A stretch of DNA of 64,000 nt from Octopus vulgaris (taxonomy: Eukaryota): assembly GCA_951406725.2 (NCBI GenBank), contig OX597816.1, forward strand, positions 126,790,001 through 126,854,000, given 5' to 3'. The position numbers and the translations under genes are program-made. The notes under the pieces were generated by a model. That model did no database searches. It was not told where the DNA came from and saw nothing but the letters and a program-made list of their open reading frames with translations. Shown here in pieces: positions 23,959 to 36,936 of the stretch (the first letter of the stretch is position 1; each line of letters begins with the position of its first letter).

Positions 23959-24453
23959 CACCATCCGAACGTGACCGATATATATAAAAGCACCATCCGA
24001 ACGTGACCGATGCCAAAAAGCACCATCCGAACGTGGCCATTGCCAGTGCAGCCTCCACTGGCTTCTGTGTCGGTGGCACATAAAAAGCACCATCCGAACG
24101 TGACTGATGCCAACCCCGCCTCGAATGGCTTCTGTGCTGGTGGCACATATAAAGCACCATCCGAACGTGGCCGATGCCAGCACTGCCCCGACTGGCTTCT
24201 GTGCCGGTGGCACATAAAAAGCACCATCCGAACGTGGCCGATGCCAGACCCCTCTGGCACCTGTGCAGGTGGCACGTAAAAAGCACCCACTACACTCGCG
24301 GAGTGGTTGGCGTTAGGAAGGGCATCCAGCTGTAGAAACACTGCCAGATCAGACTGGAGCCTGGAGCAGCCCCTGGCTCCCCAGACCCCGGTCGAACCGT
24401 CCAACCCATGCTAGCGCGGAAAACGGACGTTAAACGATGATGATGATGATGAT
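23955..24453 (+). mobile_element. SINE-like family C, young copy with 5' tandem array of gcaccatccgaacgtg units
   Basis: gcacc at 23958, 23990, 24020, 24087, 24154, 24221, 24283; body ggagtggttggcgttaggaagggcatccagctgtagaaac; (GAT)n tail; CpGs retained. Confidence 0.9.
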
Positions 24454-27023
24454 ATATATATATATACACACACATACATGTATATATAGGTATATACATA
24501 CATGCATATATATATATATATATATATAAATATTTTTCTTACTTCATCTGTATTTCATCATTTGCTTAAGCTTTGAGTAGGCTCCTCAAAATTCAACTTC
24601 ATATGTACTTCCTTGATTGTTTTTTATCCTTCTGAAATTGAAAGCTGAAGTTCCAAGGGAATTTTCTCATGCTATAACCTAAGTATATAGGAATAATTAA
24701 TGCATATGTGATTTCTGTAGCAGCAGTGTTGGAAGAAGCACATTTAAAGTGGCATAAAAGATACCTGTCATCACAACATAACGATCACCTTGACTGTAAT
24801 TGATTTCTTCATTTGCTTTTTTCTTAAAATATGTTCAACAAAATACTTCAGTTGTAGAATTATAGTTCTTGTAGTCCAAGAATATAAAATCTACTTCTAT
24901 GCATCTTATAATTAAATTAATTTTGTTCACCTTTAGCATGTCTGAAAGCTTGCTAATGAATATAGTGAACAACATTTCAATTTTTCAAATATAGCTATTC
25001 ATTTGCAAATTACTTACTTCCTGGTGTTGAAAATCTGATTGAAGTAGATTTTATGTTTTATGCTAGAATTATTCAGTATTGATAGTTACTGATGAATAAA
25101 TTTCACTGAATATCCAATTGAGAATTGACATTTATTAATTCTTTTTGGTTTTGCACAGCAGTCTTCTCCTTAAAATTACTTTTATAATCTTTCAGTCATA
25201 TATTTGCAAACATTTATGTATCCACTCATTGCATACATTCTTCAGAAAAAGGTCAAGAGTCAACACCTATGACCTTTGTTGATCTTTTAAAATTAATATT
25301 ACAGATGTAGTTAAGGCTCAGCTTGAAGTTCTGGTGGTTCATGTTTGTAAGTGAAGTGTAGACATAGAAGAGTCACATGTCAGGCATAATGATTAGCAAA
25401 AAAAATATACTCTGTGCTTCTTTTAGATGGGTGTGAGATAGTAGGTATACTTAAAGAACAGACAAATGGATTCAATTGACAATGGTGAAGATGGTATGGA
25501 AATTGTATATAGTTGATTAATTCAAAGGAACAGTTCCAACTGTGATAGCATTATGGAAAGAAAGAAAACACTATGTCGTGTAGCATACAAAAATTTCATG
25601 TTCCCACTCTGGTATTTCAAAATGACATTGAAATGTCATGAGACTATTATCTCTAAAGGATTCATTATTATTAACCAGCTCTAATTTCATAATTAAAGTG
25701 GATGGATTAGTTTATATGGTTAAAATTGCTATACATGCATGAAACACATTATTTTCTTCTGCACGATGACTTAACTTCCTGGGTTTTATGATATTAAGAA
25801 ATTTGTCTCTTTAGCTACATCATAAAAATTTCAAATTTAATTATTTTTGCATTTGAGATAATCTTTGATTATGTGTTAGAAGTGATGTTTGTTTCTTTGC
25901 TACTTTTTCCTATTCAAAGAGCATCATAATTAATAGTCAAATATCAACTTCCTCTACAACTTATCAGTAGAATCTAATTGTTATGTTATGTAATTGAAAT
26001 TAAATGAAAATACATACAAAACTGAGAGCATAGTCCATGTTGAAAAATTATTTTTCTATCTCCGAAATCTTTGATCATAAGCAGATTGTTGACTTGAGCA
26101 ACTCGAAAGTATTTGATACAAAATTTCAAAAATATTCCCTGTTTTATTGAAAAGTACAATGTGTCTCAGGAAACATGAGCTACTAATATCCTGTTTATCT
26201 CTAATGCAATGAGAGTGCTTCACAGAGTAAACAGACTGTTTCAAACCATTAACTTCCATGGGCCTTTTGGCACCATTTGACTTTCCTAGTTTATTAGAAA
26301 TTCATATATTGAAAATGGTTACACTATAGTGTTAGTTCTGACATTACCAATAAATGAAAGATGTCATAAGGCATGCATGAATATTTTAGCAGCGATTTAA
26401 AATATTGTTGAAATCAAATATTGTTTCTTCTTTATTATTTTTTCTAAAACAAGTGAATCTATTCCGAAATCTTTACATGTCAAACAGCTGCTTTTAGATA
26501 TTTCAGATACTATATTTACAGAATCTCCTTATATATGTTTGTGTGTGTGTGTCTGTGTGTGTTTTTGCATGCATAAAATGTGTGTGCATAAAATATTTAC
26601 AAGTATGGCTTAAAGAAGATAAAAGAGAACAGATTTCATCACACAAGTCAAATCATGCATCCATTGCTTGCTTGAATAAATTAAACAGAAGCACAATAGG
26701 TTGTCAAGTAATAGATGTGGAATTCAGCTTCCATGATGGGATCACTTCTCTGTCCTCTGGTTTTTGGCCTTACTTGCAAATGCTTTACATTCATTTATTC
26801 TTTTACTAGAATTGACTATAATCGGATGCCACCATCATAGGTTTAGTCAATTTTAGCATCATAGTAATTACCTCACTCTGGAATGAATTTTATTAGTTTC
26901 TATATTACTATCAGTTTATGAACAGAATGTGGTTGACATCAAGAGACACTGTAAACATTCCATTTTAGACAGAGACTCAGCTATTGACACACACACACGC
27001 ACACACACATGCATACATAAATA

Positions 27024-27345
27024 CATCATCATCATCATAATTTAACGTCCATTTTCCATGTTGGCATGGGTTGGATTGTTTGACAGGAGCTCGCTAGGCA
27101 GAAGGCTGCACCAGGCATCACTGGCTGCTTTGATGTTGTTTCTAGTTGGATGCCCTTCCAAGTGCCAACTACTTTACAGTGTGGACTGGATACTTTTTAC
27201 ATGGCACCAACACTGACGGGGTCAGCAAATAACTTGCAAGACAAAGATCTTTTAAGAGTGGGGAGGGTCATTGGAGGAGGTGGCTTTGTGCCAGGTGATG
27301 AGAGGTTAGAGCGTGACAGAGGGACAGAAACAGGTGTCTTGCTAT
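27024..27345 (-). mobile_element. SINE-like family C, older copy
   Basis: (CAT)n, ttaacgtccattttccatgttggcatgggttgga, ggatgcccttcc. Confidence 0.8.
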
Positions 27346-27370
27346 ATGTATATACATTTTTATCTACACA

Positions 27371-27421
<51 letters not shown>

Positions 27422-27536
27422 TACAGATATAGGGTGAAAGATAATTAATTTAATAAATAAAATCAACAAATTTCACCTAGTAGTTTTCGGTATGGAAAAG
27501 GGCCATATTCGGTAAAAACTTATACAAAAAGTATTT

Positions 27537-27717
27537 TATATATAATTATAACTATAAGGGTTTTGCAACAAGTTGCTTGACCACATACTGAAAATTTTAG
27601 AAATAGCAGCCAAAAGACTACTAAAGGAAATAGTAGTCTTTTGGCTGCTATTTCTAAAATTTTTGGTATGTGGTCAAGCAACTTGTTGCAAAACCCTTAT
27701 TGTTATAATTATATATA
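27537..27717. repeat. Near-perfect palindrome, 87-bp arms, 7-nt spacer
   Basis: 27537-27623 vs 27631-27717; three mismatched positions. Confidence 0.95.
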
Positions 27718-27979
27718 TATATATATATTTCATTTGCACTGTTTGCGTTTACTATATTCTACTCAAAAGTTATTGTTCAGTTAAACACAAAGTGAGTATT
27801 TAGAAAATATCAACCATTTAAGTTATTGATACTACATGAATATTTCTATAGGCCTAATATATTAAAAAATACCAACATCTGAAACAAGTGAAGAAATATT
27901 TACCAGCATCCATAAAAATGATATGGACGCTGGTAAATCACCTAGATATGGTAACCATTACAGATGGTGAAATTACAAC

Positions 27980-28221
27980 TTTGGCACGTAAAAGGCACCA
28001 ACCGATCATGGCCACTGCCAGCCTCCCCAGGCGCCTGTGCCAGTGGCATGTAAAAAGCACCCACTACACTCACAGAGTGGTTGGCATTAGGAAGGGCATC
28101 CAGTTGTAGAAACACTGCCAGATCAAACTGGAGCCTGGTGCAGCCTCCTTGCTTCCCAGACCCCTGTCGAACTGTCCAACCCATGCTAGCACGAAAAACG
28201 GACGTTAAATGATGATGATGT
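27980..28221 (+). mobile_element. SINE-like family C copy
   Basis: High similarity to 24215-24453 and 63270-63519. Confidence 0.9.
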
Positions 28222-28568
28222 ATGTCACCCACATCATAAGTTACTATGTAATAATGTCATCATGGTATTACCTATCTATGAGATATGGTGTCATAGGTAG
28301 AACATTATGCAACAAAATATGTAAAAGTATGACTCTGAAGGTACAAATATAAGAAACCACAGAGGTGAGGAGGGCATACTTACTCATAATTTGAAAGACT
28401 TCTGGTAGAATGTTTCTGTAGAAACACCAATAAAATGGAAGAACATTGGACCATTATGATCTGAGACTGCAGAAAGAAATTATTCTCAGCAGATGTTTGC
28501 ATAATGTGAAAGATTAATATAAAATAAAGTATCTCCATACTAAATTGATGAGGAGTTTGCACCTTCAG

Positions 28569-28657
28569 GACTGTACTCTATCTAGACAGTACTCTATCTA
28601 GACTGTATTTAATTTGGATGGTACTCCATCTAGACAGTACACCTTCTGGACCATACC
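28569..28657. repeat. Degenerate 16-bp minisatellite x5.5
   Basis: gactgtactctatcta, gacagtactctatcta, gactgtatttaatttg, gatggtactccatcta, gacagtacaccttctg. Confidence 0.8.
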
Positions 28658-29149
28658 TTAAAATTTTAACCAATTATTATTGGAGCTCATGGATACATGC
28701 TTCACTATTTCAGTACTAATCTTGAGAAAATGAGCTTCATAAAACCAGAAGAAAACTCATACAGCTTCAAACCATGAATGCATTGTCAAAATATGGAAAA
28801 CAATCAAGATATTTAGCCTGTAATAAGATCTGCATATGCAATGACATCTATGCCTGCACCCAGGAATGTGTGCGCACATGGATATTATACAAACACGCTT
28901 TATACACATATATGTAAACATGCATACATGTGCGTTTAGATATATCCATACTTACATACACAATACATACATGCAAGCAGGACTATCCCATTGATGTTGT
29001 CTAAATTACAATGAAAGATCCTTTTTTCTAGGCTAGAAACCAGTCCTATTTTCATTGATGTAAAATTAAAATAATAAAACCAGGAAAACATACATATATA
29101 AATATTCAAAGTAACATAATTCATTCCAAGGGACTATATGTCAACAATA

Positions 29150-29372
29150 TATCATCATCATCATGGTCATCATCATCATCATCATCATCATAATCATCAT
29201 CATCTTCTTTTAACACCTGTCTTTCATGTTGGTATGGGTTGGACAGTTTGACAGGAGCTGCTAAACCCAAGGACTGCACCAAGCTCTAATGTCTGCTTTG
29301 GCATAGTTTCTATGACTGGATGCCTTTCCTAATGCTACCCATTTCACAGAGTGTACTGGCTATATTTCACAT
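29150..29372 (-). mobile_element. SINE-like family C fragment with (CAT)n tail
   Basis: catgttggtatgggttggacagtttgacagg...ctggatgcctttcctaatgc. Confidence 0.8.
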
Positions 29373-30959
29373 GATACACACACAGATAGACACACACATG
29401 TGCAAGCTCATGCACAGACACACACACACACATACAAGTCTTGGCTAATGTTTTCCCAGAATTGTTGCTTATTTTCTGAAAAAACAAAAACTATACAGTA
29501 TTTCAGGGCAACTGAAACTTTCTCTCTACACTTTTCAGATTCACTTAAAGAACTAGTTATCAACAAGCATTCTCTGGTAGGAGAATATCACAAACCCCAT
29601 CAGACTAATATTTAATTAAGAATTCTTTCTAGATCATTAAGTCTGTCCTTCAGGTATTATAGCAATAATTACTAGGATAGATCATAGCTATCTTAACTAA
29701 AGAACTACCATTCATTTTCATTAAGTGAAAAACATTGTTTCAATGAAAATAGGAACATTAAAACGATTCCCCAAATATCTCATCAATAAATACTGTCACT
29801 TACAATAACTGTGACTTACTTTTACCTTTGGAAAGTGAGAGATAACAAAAGGGAAAGTGATGACAGTATGTATTTGAAAATGGAATTGTAAATTTTGCTT
29901 TATGTCAGAAAACTGAATGTTTCTGTCATATTCTAAGACTCACATCAGCTAACAACCATGAAAAGACATTGAAATTTACAAAAGTAGGCTTTTAAAGTCC
30001 TCAATTGTTTATCTGTTTACATGAAATAATCAAATACCTCCTGGAGATTGCTGTATAAAATGAATAACAAAATAGTCAATAAATTTATTTCCAGTGTTTT
30101 TGATCATCCATATTCTGCTCCACTCTAAATATAGAAGCCTCAAACGCTACAGATACCCCTACTTCAAATAAATAGATATAATCATGGATTATCAAACAAG
30201 ACAATTGCTTTCTAAACTTATAATAAAATCAAATAAACCTTGAAATAAAATATATTTTATGCAGGCAGAGTTTTTATTTATATCAAATATGATAAAGTTA
30301 AATGTGTTATTTCTCTCTTACCTCTCATAGCATGTTCTGAAATAAAATCAATATAAATTGATTATTTAGCTTATCTTTCATAGGTATTATTCCTAGAAGA
30401 TTTGGTATTTCCCACCACCTTACTTTTCTAGATAGTGATGTTTCAAAACTATGTAATGAAAATATTTGCTGATCTGAAAAACATGAGCCTGATTGATCCA
30501 CATACCCATGTTGCTTCTTATATTTGTGAAAGTGTGTTTGTATGTGTGTGTGGATGTGTATTTATTTTATGAATCCTTAGATATTTGCAGGAAGCTTATG
30601 TTAACTAAGAATCATTAGAGGGGCAATATACTCCATATTGAAATCATGATGATCTGTAGCCAGCAGTTGATTTACAAAAGATGTATTGGCATGGTATACT
30701 ATAGTATAAATTGTGTGTGTGTGTGTATGTATGTGAATTTGTGTTTCGATCTGAGATCATGTGTTGAAACTAAAATGATTGCAGCATGGAAGACCAGGTT
30801 GTAGTTTCAAGCGACCAAATGTTTGATCCCATGTTACAGACAATAAATTTTTTGTGTGCTTCTGAATGGCTAACTTGTGTCTTATATGCTGCATACATAT
30901 ATAAAGACATACACACTCACAACTTGTGGCATAAAGGACAAGACTTCTCTTACTTTAAC

Positions 30960-32200
30960 TTCTGAGAATGACTTTGAAGGGAACTCAGTTGCTGCCTTGA
31001 ATTTCCTTGCTGTTCAGAAACCCTCACTACCCCAACCACTGGCCAGAAACTGGAATATGCAGTGACTCCAATTGCATGTGTTTTTTAGCCAACCTGTGCA
31101 GTCCAAAAATACCTTCCAAATGTTCCTTTTCTTCACCTGACGATGCTTCACTTTTTACTTCCATTCAGGTCCTTTTGTTGCTCTCTGCTGCTTGCCTTTA
31201 AATATCACCTACTATGCCACAGGCCACCTAGATCTAAAGATCACTTGACACTACCCTCATTCCATTTCAAATTTGTCCATCCACATAGGTGGATATCACC
31301 TCTGCAAGATTGTAGTGCTGGCCTCACCCCTCTCCTTGTCTCCTTCATCACCTGAGTAGCTGATATCTCTTCAAATGTCCATTATGGGAAGTGGAATTCC
31401 ACCAACTAATAGATTTGTTTCAGGAATTCAGTTCTGTCTCTCTACTTTCTCTCGTTGAGTAATGCACTATGCATTAGGTGGTTTCAACCAAATCTCCAAT
31501 TTTAGTCTGAGCAGATACAGGTTCTTCTTCCTCCTCAAAATGTTGCCATACTGTGTTTGGTCATCTCCATTCATACCTGAACTATGTTCTTTGTGGCCTA
31601 CTACTTAGCTTGTCCTGCCCTAGATAACATGTTGTACCAGAAGATTGCCACAATGAAGGTAGGGGCAATCAAACATCCTACCCTTGATTGTAATAATGTA
31701 TCTTTCCACAACTTTCTCTCCATTCAGCCTATATGCAGCTCTGAAGAAGCATCTGACTTTGCATCTCTCAGACATTTCCTTCAGCAACCCTGAACAAAAT
31801 GCAGTTATGTTGTCCTTCAGTAGTTCTTCTACTGAGACCCTTTTTCCAGAATATCTTGGACAGTGCCTCTGCAAAATCAGCTGCAGTTGTCATCTTAATT
31901 TCTCCACATATCACAATTCACCTTAGTTTTCAGTCAATCGTCAGGAGGCACAATCTTCCTTGGTAGTGCATCACATCAACTATCAGCCTCATCCAGTCTT
32001 CATCCACTTCATCTTACATGAACTTGCCATGTAACTCAGAGACTCTTACTACTCCAACTACTGGCTACATGCTGGAAAAGGCAGATATTCTAACCACAGT
32101 TTCATTGTAGACCATACCTACAGTTCAAAAAATGGTCCCTCAAATCACCGTCTTACTCATCTAACATCACTTAACTTTTTGCTTCCAGTACGCTCCCTCT
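30960..32200 (-). other. Higher-GC, coding-like decayed relic (unclassified transposon?)
   Basis: Compositional shift and overlapping broken ORFs; no motif recognised. Confidence 0.25.
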
Positions 32201-33298
32201 GCTGCTCCCTCCCACTTGCCTTGGTATATGATTCACTGTCATACAACTGATGCCATTTGTGATTGCTTTAACATCATGAAAAATGTTCCTTTATCCAAGA
32301 TTTCATTAAAACCTCATTATTGCATTAGCTCATACAGCCCAATGGAATTACTGATAAAATATGGTAACTCTCTACTGAGAAGAAATATTTCGAAAGGGAA
32401 GATAACATTGTTTGATTTCATGGCAGAAGTTTTGTTGCAAAATCAATTACTTGATTTGATATAAAAATGGTAATTTTTGCACAACTTAGTAACAAAATTT
32501 TCTGTGGGTTCCTTGATATCCTTTGTATTACATGCTGTACATAAGAACATGTTTTTATCCTGTGTGGTGGAGGAATATACTTCTTAGATGGAATTAATAT
32601 TTTAATTTACTTTCATGTCATATCTCATATTGTCACTTGAGTTAACAGCCAGTTAAGTCTGCTGGTGCAGGGATAGGATTGAAGACATTTTAAATTCCTT
32701 TACATGGAAGCAAAAAAAACAAAAAAAAAATCATGCTAGTTCTCCTCTACTTTTCAAAATACACCCAGATAAAGTGAAGATTTTTAGCTTTTCAGTTGCA
32801 CGTGGATGGCTGGTTAGTATGGCTATTGTATGTGTTTGCTTACCTTCGCTGTTCTCAAACTTATCCACCATACTGTTAAGAATGCTTCCTTTTTGGTAGT
32901 AGTAGTTGTGTGGGAGAAGCTTGTGGGAGGCTAGTGGATTTGTTTGAATATATGAATTCCAAGAAATGGTGGGAAACTTACAGTAGACTGGAAAGTTGGG
33001 ATCATAATTTAAGTAATGTTGTCTGAACTTATGAAAATAGGTTAAAGAGCAATATTGATGTAGTTAGTTGTTCTTGGACTAGTGTCAGACAAAAAAATCA
33101 GACTGAGATAATTCGTAAGATTTAAAAGAGATACCTTAGATGCAAAAATAGAAGTATGTTATTATTCACTCAGCTGAGACTCGCATTCAAGAAAGTATGT
33201 TATGATCAGAAGTTGTCGCATTTTAATGACATGTATCTCTGAATGCATGTACACACACATGTGTGTGTGTGCACATGTATGTATATACATGTCTGTGA

Positions 33299-33360
<62 letters not shown>

Positions 33361-33838
33361 AATTGATATTTTGGACAATGGATATAAGTTGATTAGTGTG
33401 TTTAAATGTTGAGTAGAGCACTGGCACAGTTTGGGCTACCTGTTGTGATCTGCAGTCATTATATATATATATATAGTCACCATCATCATCACTGTTTTAA
33501 TGTCTATTTTTTCATGTTCTCATGAATAATAATCTGAATCTGTTGATGCAGATTACTATCAGATTGATAAGTGCCATGTACGAAACTCCGGGCCTTTTAG
33601 TTACATACGCAATTTTATGCCAATTAAAAATAAAAGACTACAGACAGACACAGGCACACACACACACATACACGCACACACACAATCAGGTTTCTTTCTG
33701 TTTCTGTTTTCCAAATCCATTCTCTAATTATCCTGGGGCTATAGTAGAAAACACTTGCACAAAGTGTCATGCAATTTGACTGGATTAGAATACAATTTTT
33801 TAACATTACAACCATATGTGCATCTATATATAGATATA

Positions 33839-34069
33839 GGCGGCGAGCTGGTAGAAACGTTAGCACGCCGGGCGAAATGCTTAGCGGTATTTCGTCTGCT
33901 GTTACGTTCTGCATTCAAATTCCGCCGAGGTCGACTTTGCCCTTCATCCTTTTGGGGTCGATAAATTAAGTACCAGTTATGCACTGGGGTCGATGTAATC
34001 GACTTAATCCGTTTGTCTGTTCTTGTTTGTCCCCTCTGTGTTTAGCCCCTTGTGGGTAGTAAAGAAATA
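33839..34069 (+). mobile_element. SINE family B (Nin/Deu-domain-like), young copy
   Basis: ggcggcgagctggtagaaacgttagcacgccgggcg head; central gcccttcatccttttggggtcgataaattaagtaccag; copies at 37096, 41221, 52764. Confidence 0.9.
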
Positions 34070-34099
34070 TATATATAGATATAAATACATGTGTATGTA

Positions 34100-34402
34100 G
34101 CATGTGATCACATGATCAACTAGACTATCGGATATTGTTACACATTGCTGGTCACAATGTACTTTGCATTGTTTCTCTTTTTTTTTAGCATTTGAGTGAT
34201 GCCACTCCACTGGCTAGCAAACAGGCCTCCAAACCCCCTGGTCAGTAGGCTATTCTATTGCAGGGTTACCCATTTACAGAGGAGTGGGCTGGAGCAACAT
34301 GAAGCATTTTGCTCAAGTATACAATGTACAGCTGGTCTGAAAATCGAAATCATGATCTCACAACCATGAGTTCAACACACTTAAATACGAAGCTATGCAC
34401 CT
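34100..34402 (-). mobile_element. tRNA-derived SINE (D-like head, different 3' part), decayed
   Basis: catttacagaggagtgggctggagcaacatgaagcattttgctcaag is similar to the reverse complement of 43805-43860. Confidence 0.6.
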
Positions 34403-34411
34403 CTCTCGCTT

Positions 34412-34529
<118 letters not shown>

Positions 34530-34567
34530 GTATCCCTTGCTACTATCTGTTAATACAGCTCTAAACA

Positions 34568-34712
34568 TCGTTAGGAAGGGCATCCAGCCATAGAAACCAT
34601 GCCAAATAAGACTGGAGCCTGGTGCAACCCACCAGCTTACAAGTTCCAGTCAAACTGTCTAACCCATGCCAGCATAGAAAGCAGATGTTAAATGATGAGA
34701 ATGATGATCATC
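34568..34712 (+). mobile_element. SINE-like family C 3' fragment
   Basis: cgttaggaagggcatccagccatagaaacc...aacccatgccagcat...ttaaatgatg. Confidence 0.8.
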
Positions 34713-35414
34713 ATATATATATATATATGATAATAATAATAATATTTGGGAGTATAACTTCAAACTTACAGGGAAAAATTCAATTTAGCGTTAATTCATT
34801 TATTATTATGTACTTTTTGTGATCTAGATAAATGTTTTATCATATATTTTATTTTTTCTATATGATATGGTTTATGTCTATCATTGTTTGAATTACATAA
34901 TAGTGGTTTTTCTCTAATTTATATATATTATATATATATTTGCCACCTGAATAAGCATAAACAATTAAAGAAATCTTGGTAGCTATAAAATCACTCCTCA
35001 AATTTTATGAATAGACTCCAGGGCACATTTCATTTTCTCATTTGTACTTCCCACATAGTTACTGCGCATTCTTTCCAGATATGCCAATTAATGTGTGTAA
35101 TGGATCTGTATCTTTAAAACATTTCATTGATACTGAACAATACAGAGATCTCTTAAGAACATACAATAATGATGTTTATGACTAAGATAACACCTGTAAC
35201 AACAAATGATGATAATAGTAGTTATGAAAAACATTAATATCCCATGCTAGTTTTACCAAAAGAAGAGAGTTTTTCGATTTTTTAAAGTACATTTCACTAG
35301 AAACTAATATTCATGGTCCAGCATTTCTCCTCCCCTCCCGCCCCGTTTTGAAATATATGATGTTTAGAGATGTACTAATAGATAGTAGCATGGGGTATTA
35401 TATTTTCTAATCCT

Positions 35415-35621
35415 ATTCTTTTATTTGTTTCAGTCATTTGACTGTGGCCATGCTGGAGCACCACCTTCAGTCGAGCAAATTGACCCCAGAACTTGTTCTT
35501 TGTAAGCCTAGTACTTATTCTATCAGATCTCTTTTGCTGAACTGCTAAGTTACAGGGACGTAAACACACTAGCATCAGTTGTCAAACAATGTTGGGGGAC
35601 AAACAGAGACACACAAATACA

Positions 35622-35654
<33 letters not shown>

Positions 35655-35826
35655 GTATATATATATATAACAGTTTCAGTTTCTGTCTACCAAATCCACC
35701 CACAAGGCTTTGGTTGGTTCAAGGCTATTGTAGAAGACACTTGCCCAAGATGCCATGCAGTGGGACTGAACCCAGAACCATGTGATTGGTAAACAAGCTA
35801 CATACCACACAGCCACTCCTGTGCCT
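35415..35826 (-). mobile_element. SINE family A, full length
   Basis: Reverse complement of 53042-53420 type. Confidence 0.92.
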
Positions 35827-36454
35827 ATATATATATATTTTTTTTTTTGAATGAGAATTTTTTTCTTAAATTTCTCTGCACAAATTTTAAATTACTCCCT
35901 AGAATAAGGGAGCAATTTAATAAATGCTATGTGATAAGTTACCAAAATGTTGATAATCAGACCATATATTAAATCTTCATTTTTTGAATGTAGCCTTCTC
36001 TATGTGACTGGTGTTTTTATGAAAAGAAATATTAGGAATACTATGAAGACAAACATCAAATTGGGGGATAATTAAAGAAGAAAAGAATTTCTTGTAATTC
36101 TTGATCCTTTGTTGGGCTAAGGGTACTTAGAGATAAAATTACACTGTCGGTAATTTTATCACACAGAATAACAAGATTAAAGGAGCAGAAATTAGAGTGA
36201 ATAGTTTCTCAGTCAATGAAGAACGTGTTAAATATGTCAGCAACTGAAGATGCATTTACACTTGATGGAATGGCACTTTTCTTTTCAATATCAAATATTT
36301 TACCATGGAAACCAATCAATATTTTCGCTACGTTTTGTCAACTTTTGATTTGTATGATGAAATATATCTTCTATTTTTGAACATCTATCAAGTAGTGCTT
36401 TGTGGAAATTCTATATGAGAAATAAATTATCAGAAATTTATGTTGATTAACATA

Positions 36455-36504
<50 letters not shown>

Positions 36505-36520
36505 TTGTAGATACAATGGA

Positions 36521-36934
36521 TCTTTTACTTTTACTTGTTTCAGTCATTCGACTTTGGCCATGCTGGAGCACTGTCTTTAGACGAGCAAAACGACCCCAGG
36601 ACTTATTCTTTGGAAGCCTAGTACTTATTCTATCGCTCTCTTTTTTTGCCGAACCACTAAGTTATGGGGGTGTAAACACACCTCCATCGGTTGTCAAGCG
36701 ATGTTGGGAGGACAAATACAGACACACAATCATATACACACACATATATACATACATATATAGATATATACGACAGGCTTCTTTCAGTTTCCGTCTACCA
36801 AATCCACTCACAAGGTTTTGGTTTGCCCAAGGCTATTGTAGAAGACACTTGCCCAAGGTGCCATGCAGTGGAACTGAACCCAGAACCATGTGGATGGTAA
36901 GCAAGCTACTTACCACACAGCCACTCCTGTGCCT
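36521..36934 (-). mobile_element. SINE family A, full length
   Basis: Reverse complement of 53042-53420 type. Confidence 0.92.
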
Positions 36935-36936
36935 AT

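Noticed and set aside
23955-24290. CRISPR array
   Set aside because: Eukaryotic context, no cas genes, inserts only 8-13 nt and related to each other; the array is part of a dispersed SINE-like repeat.
23586-24404. 272-aa ORF (longest in window)
   Set aside because: Read-through of a SINE, tandem units, palindrome and (TA)n; not a credible protein.
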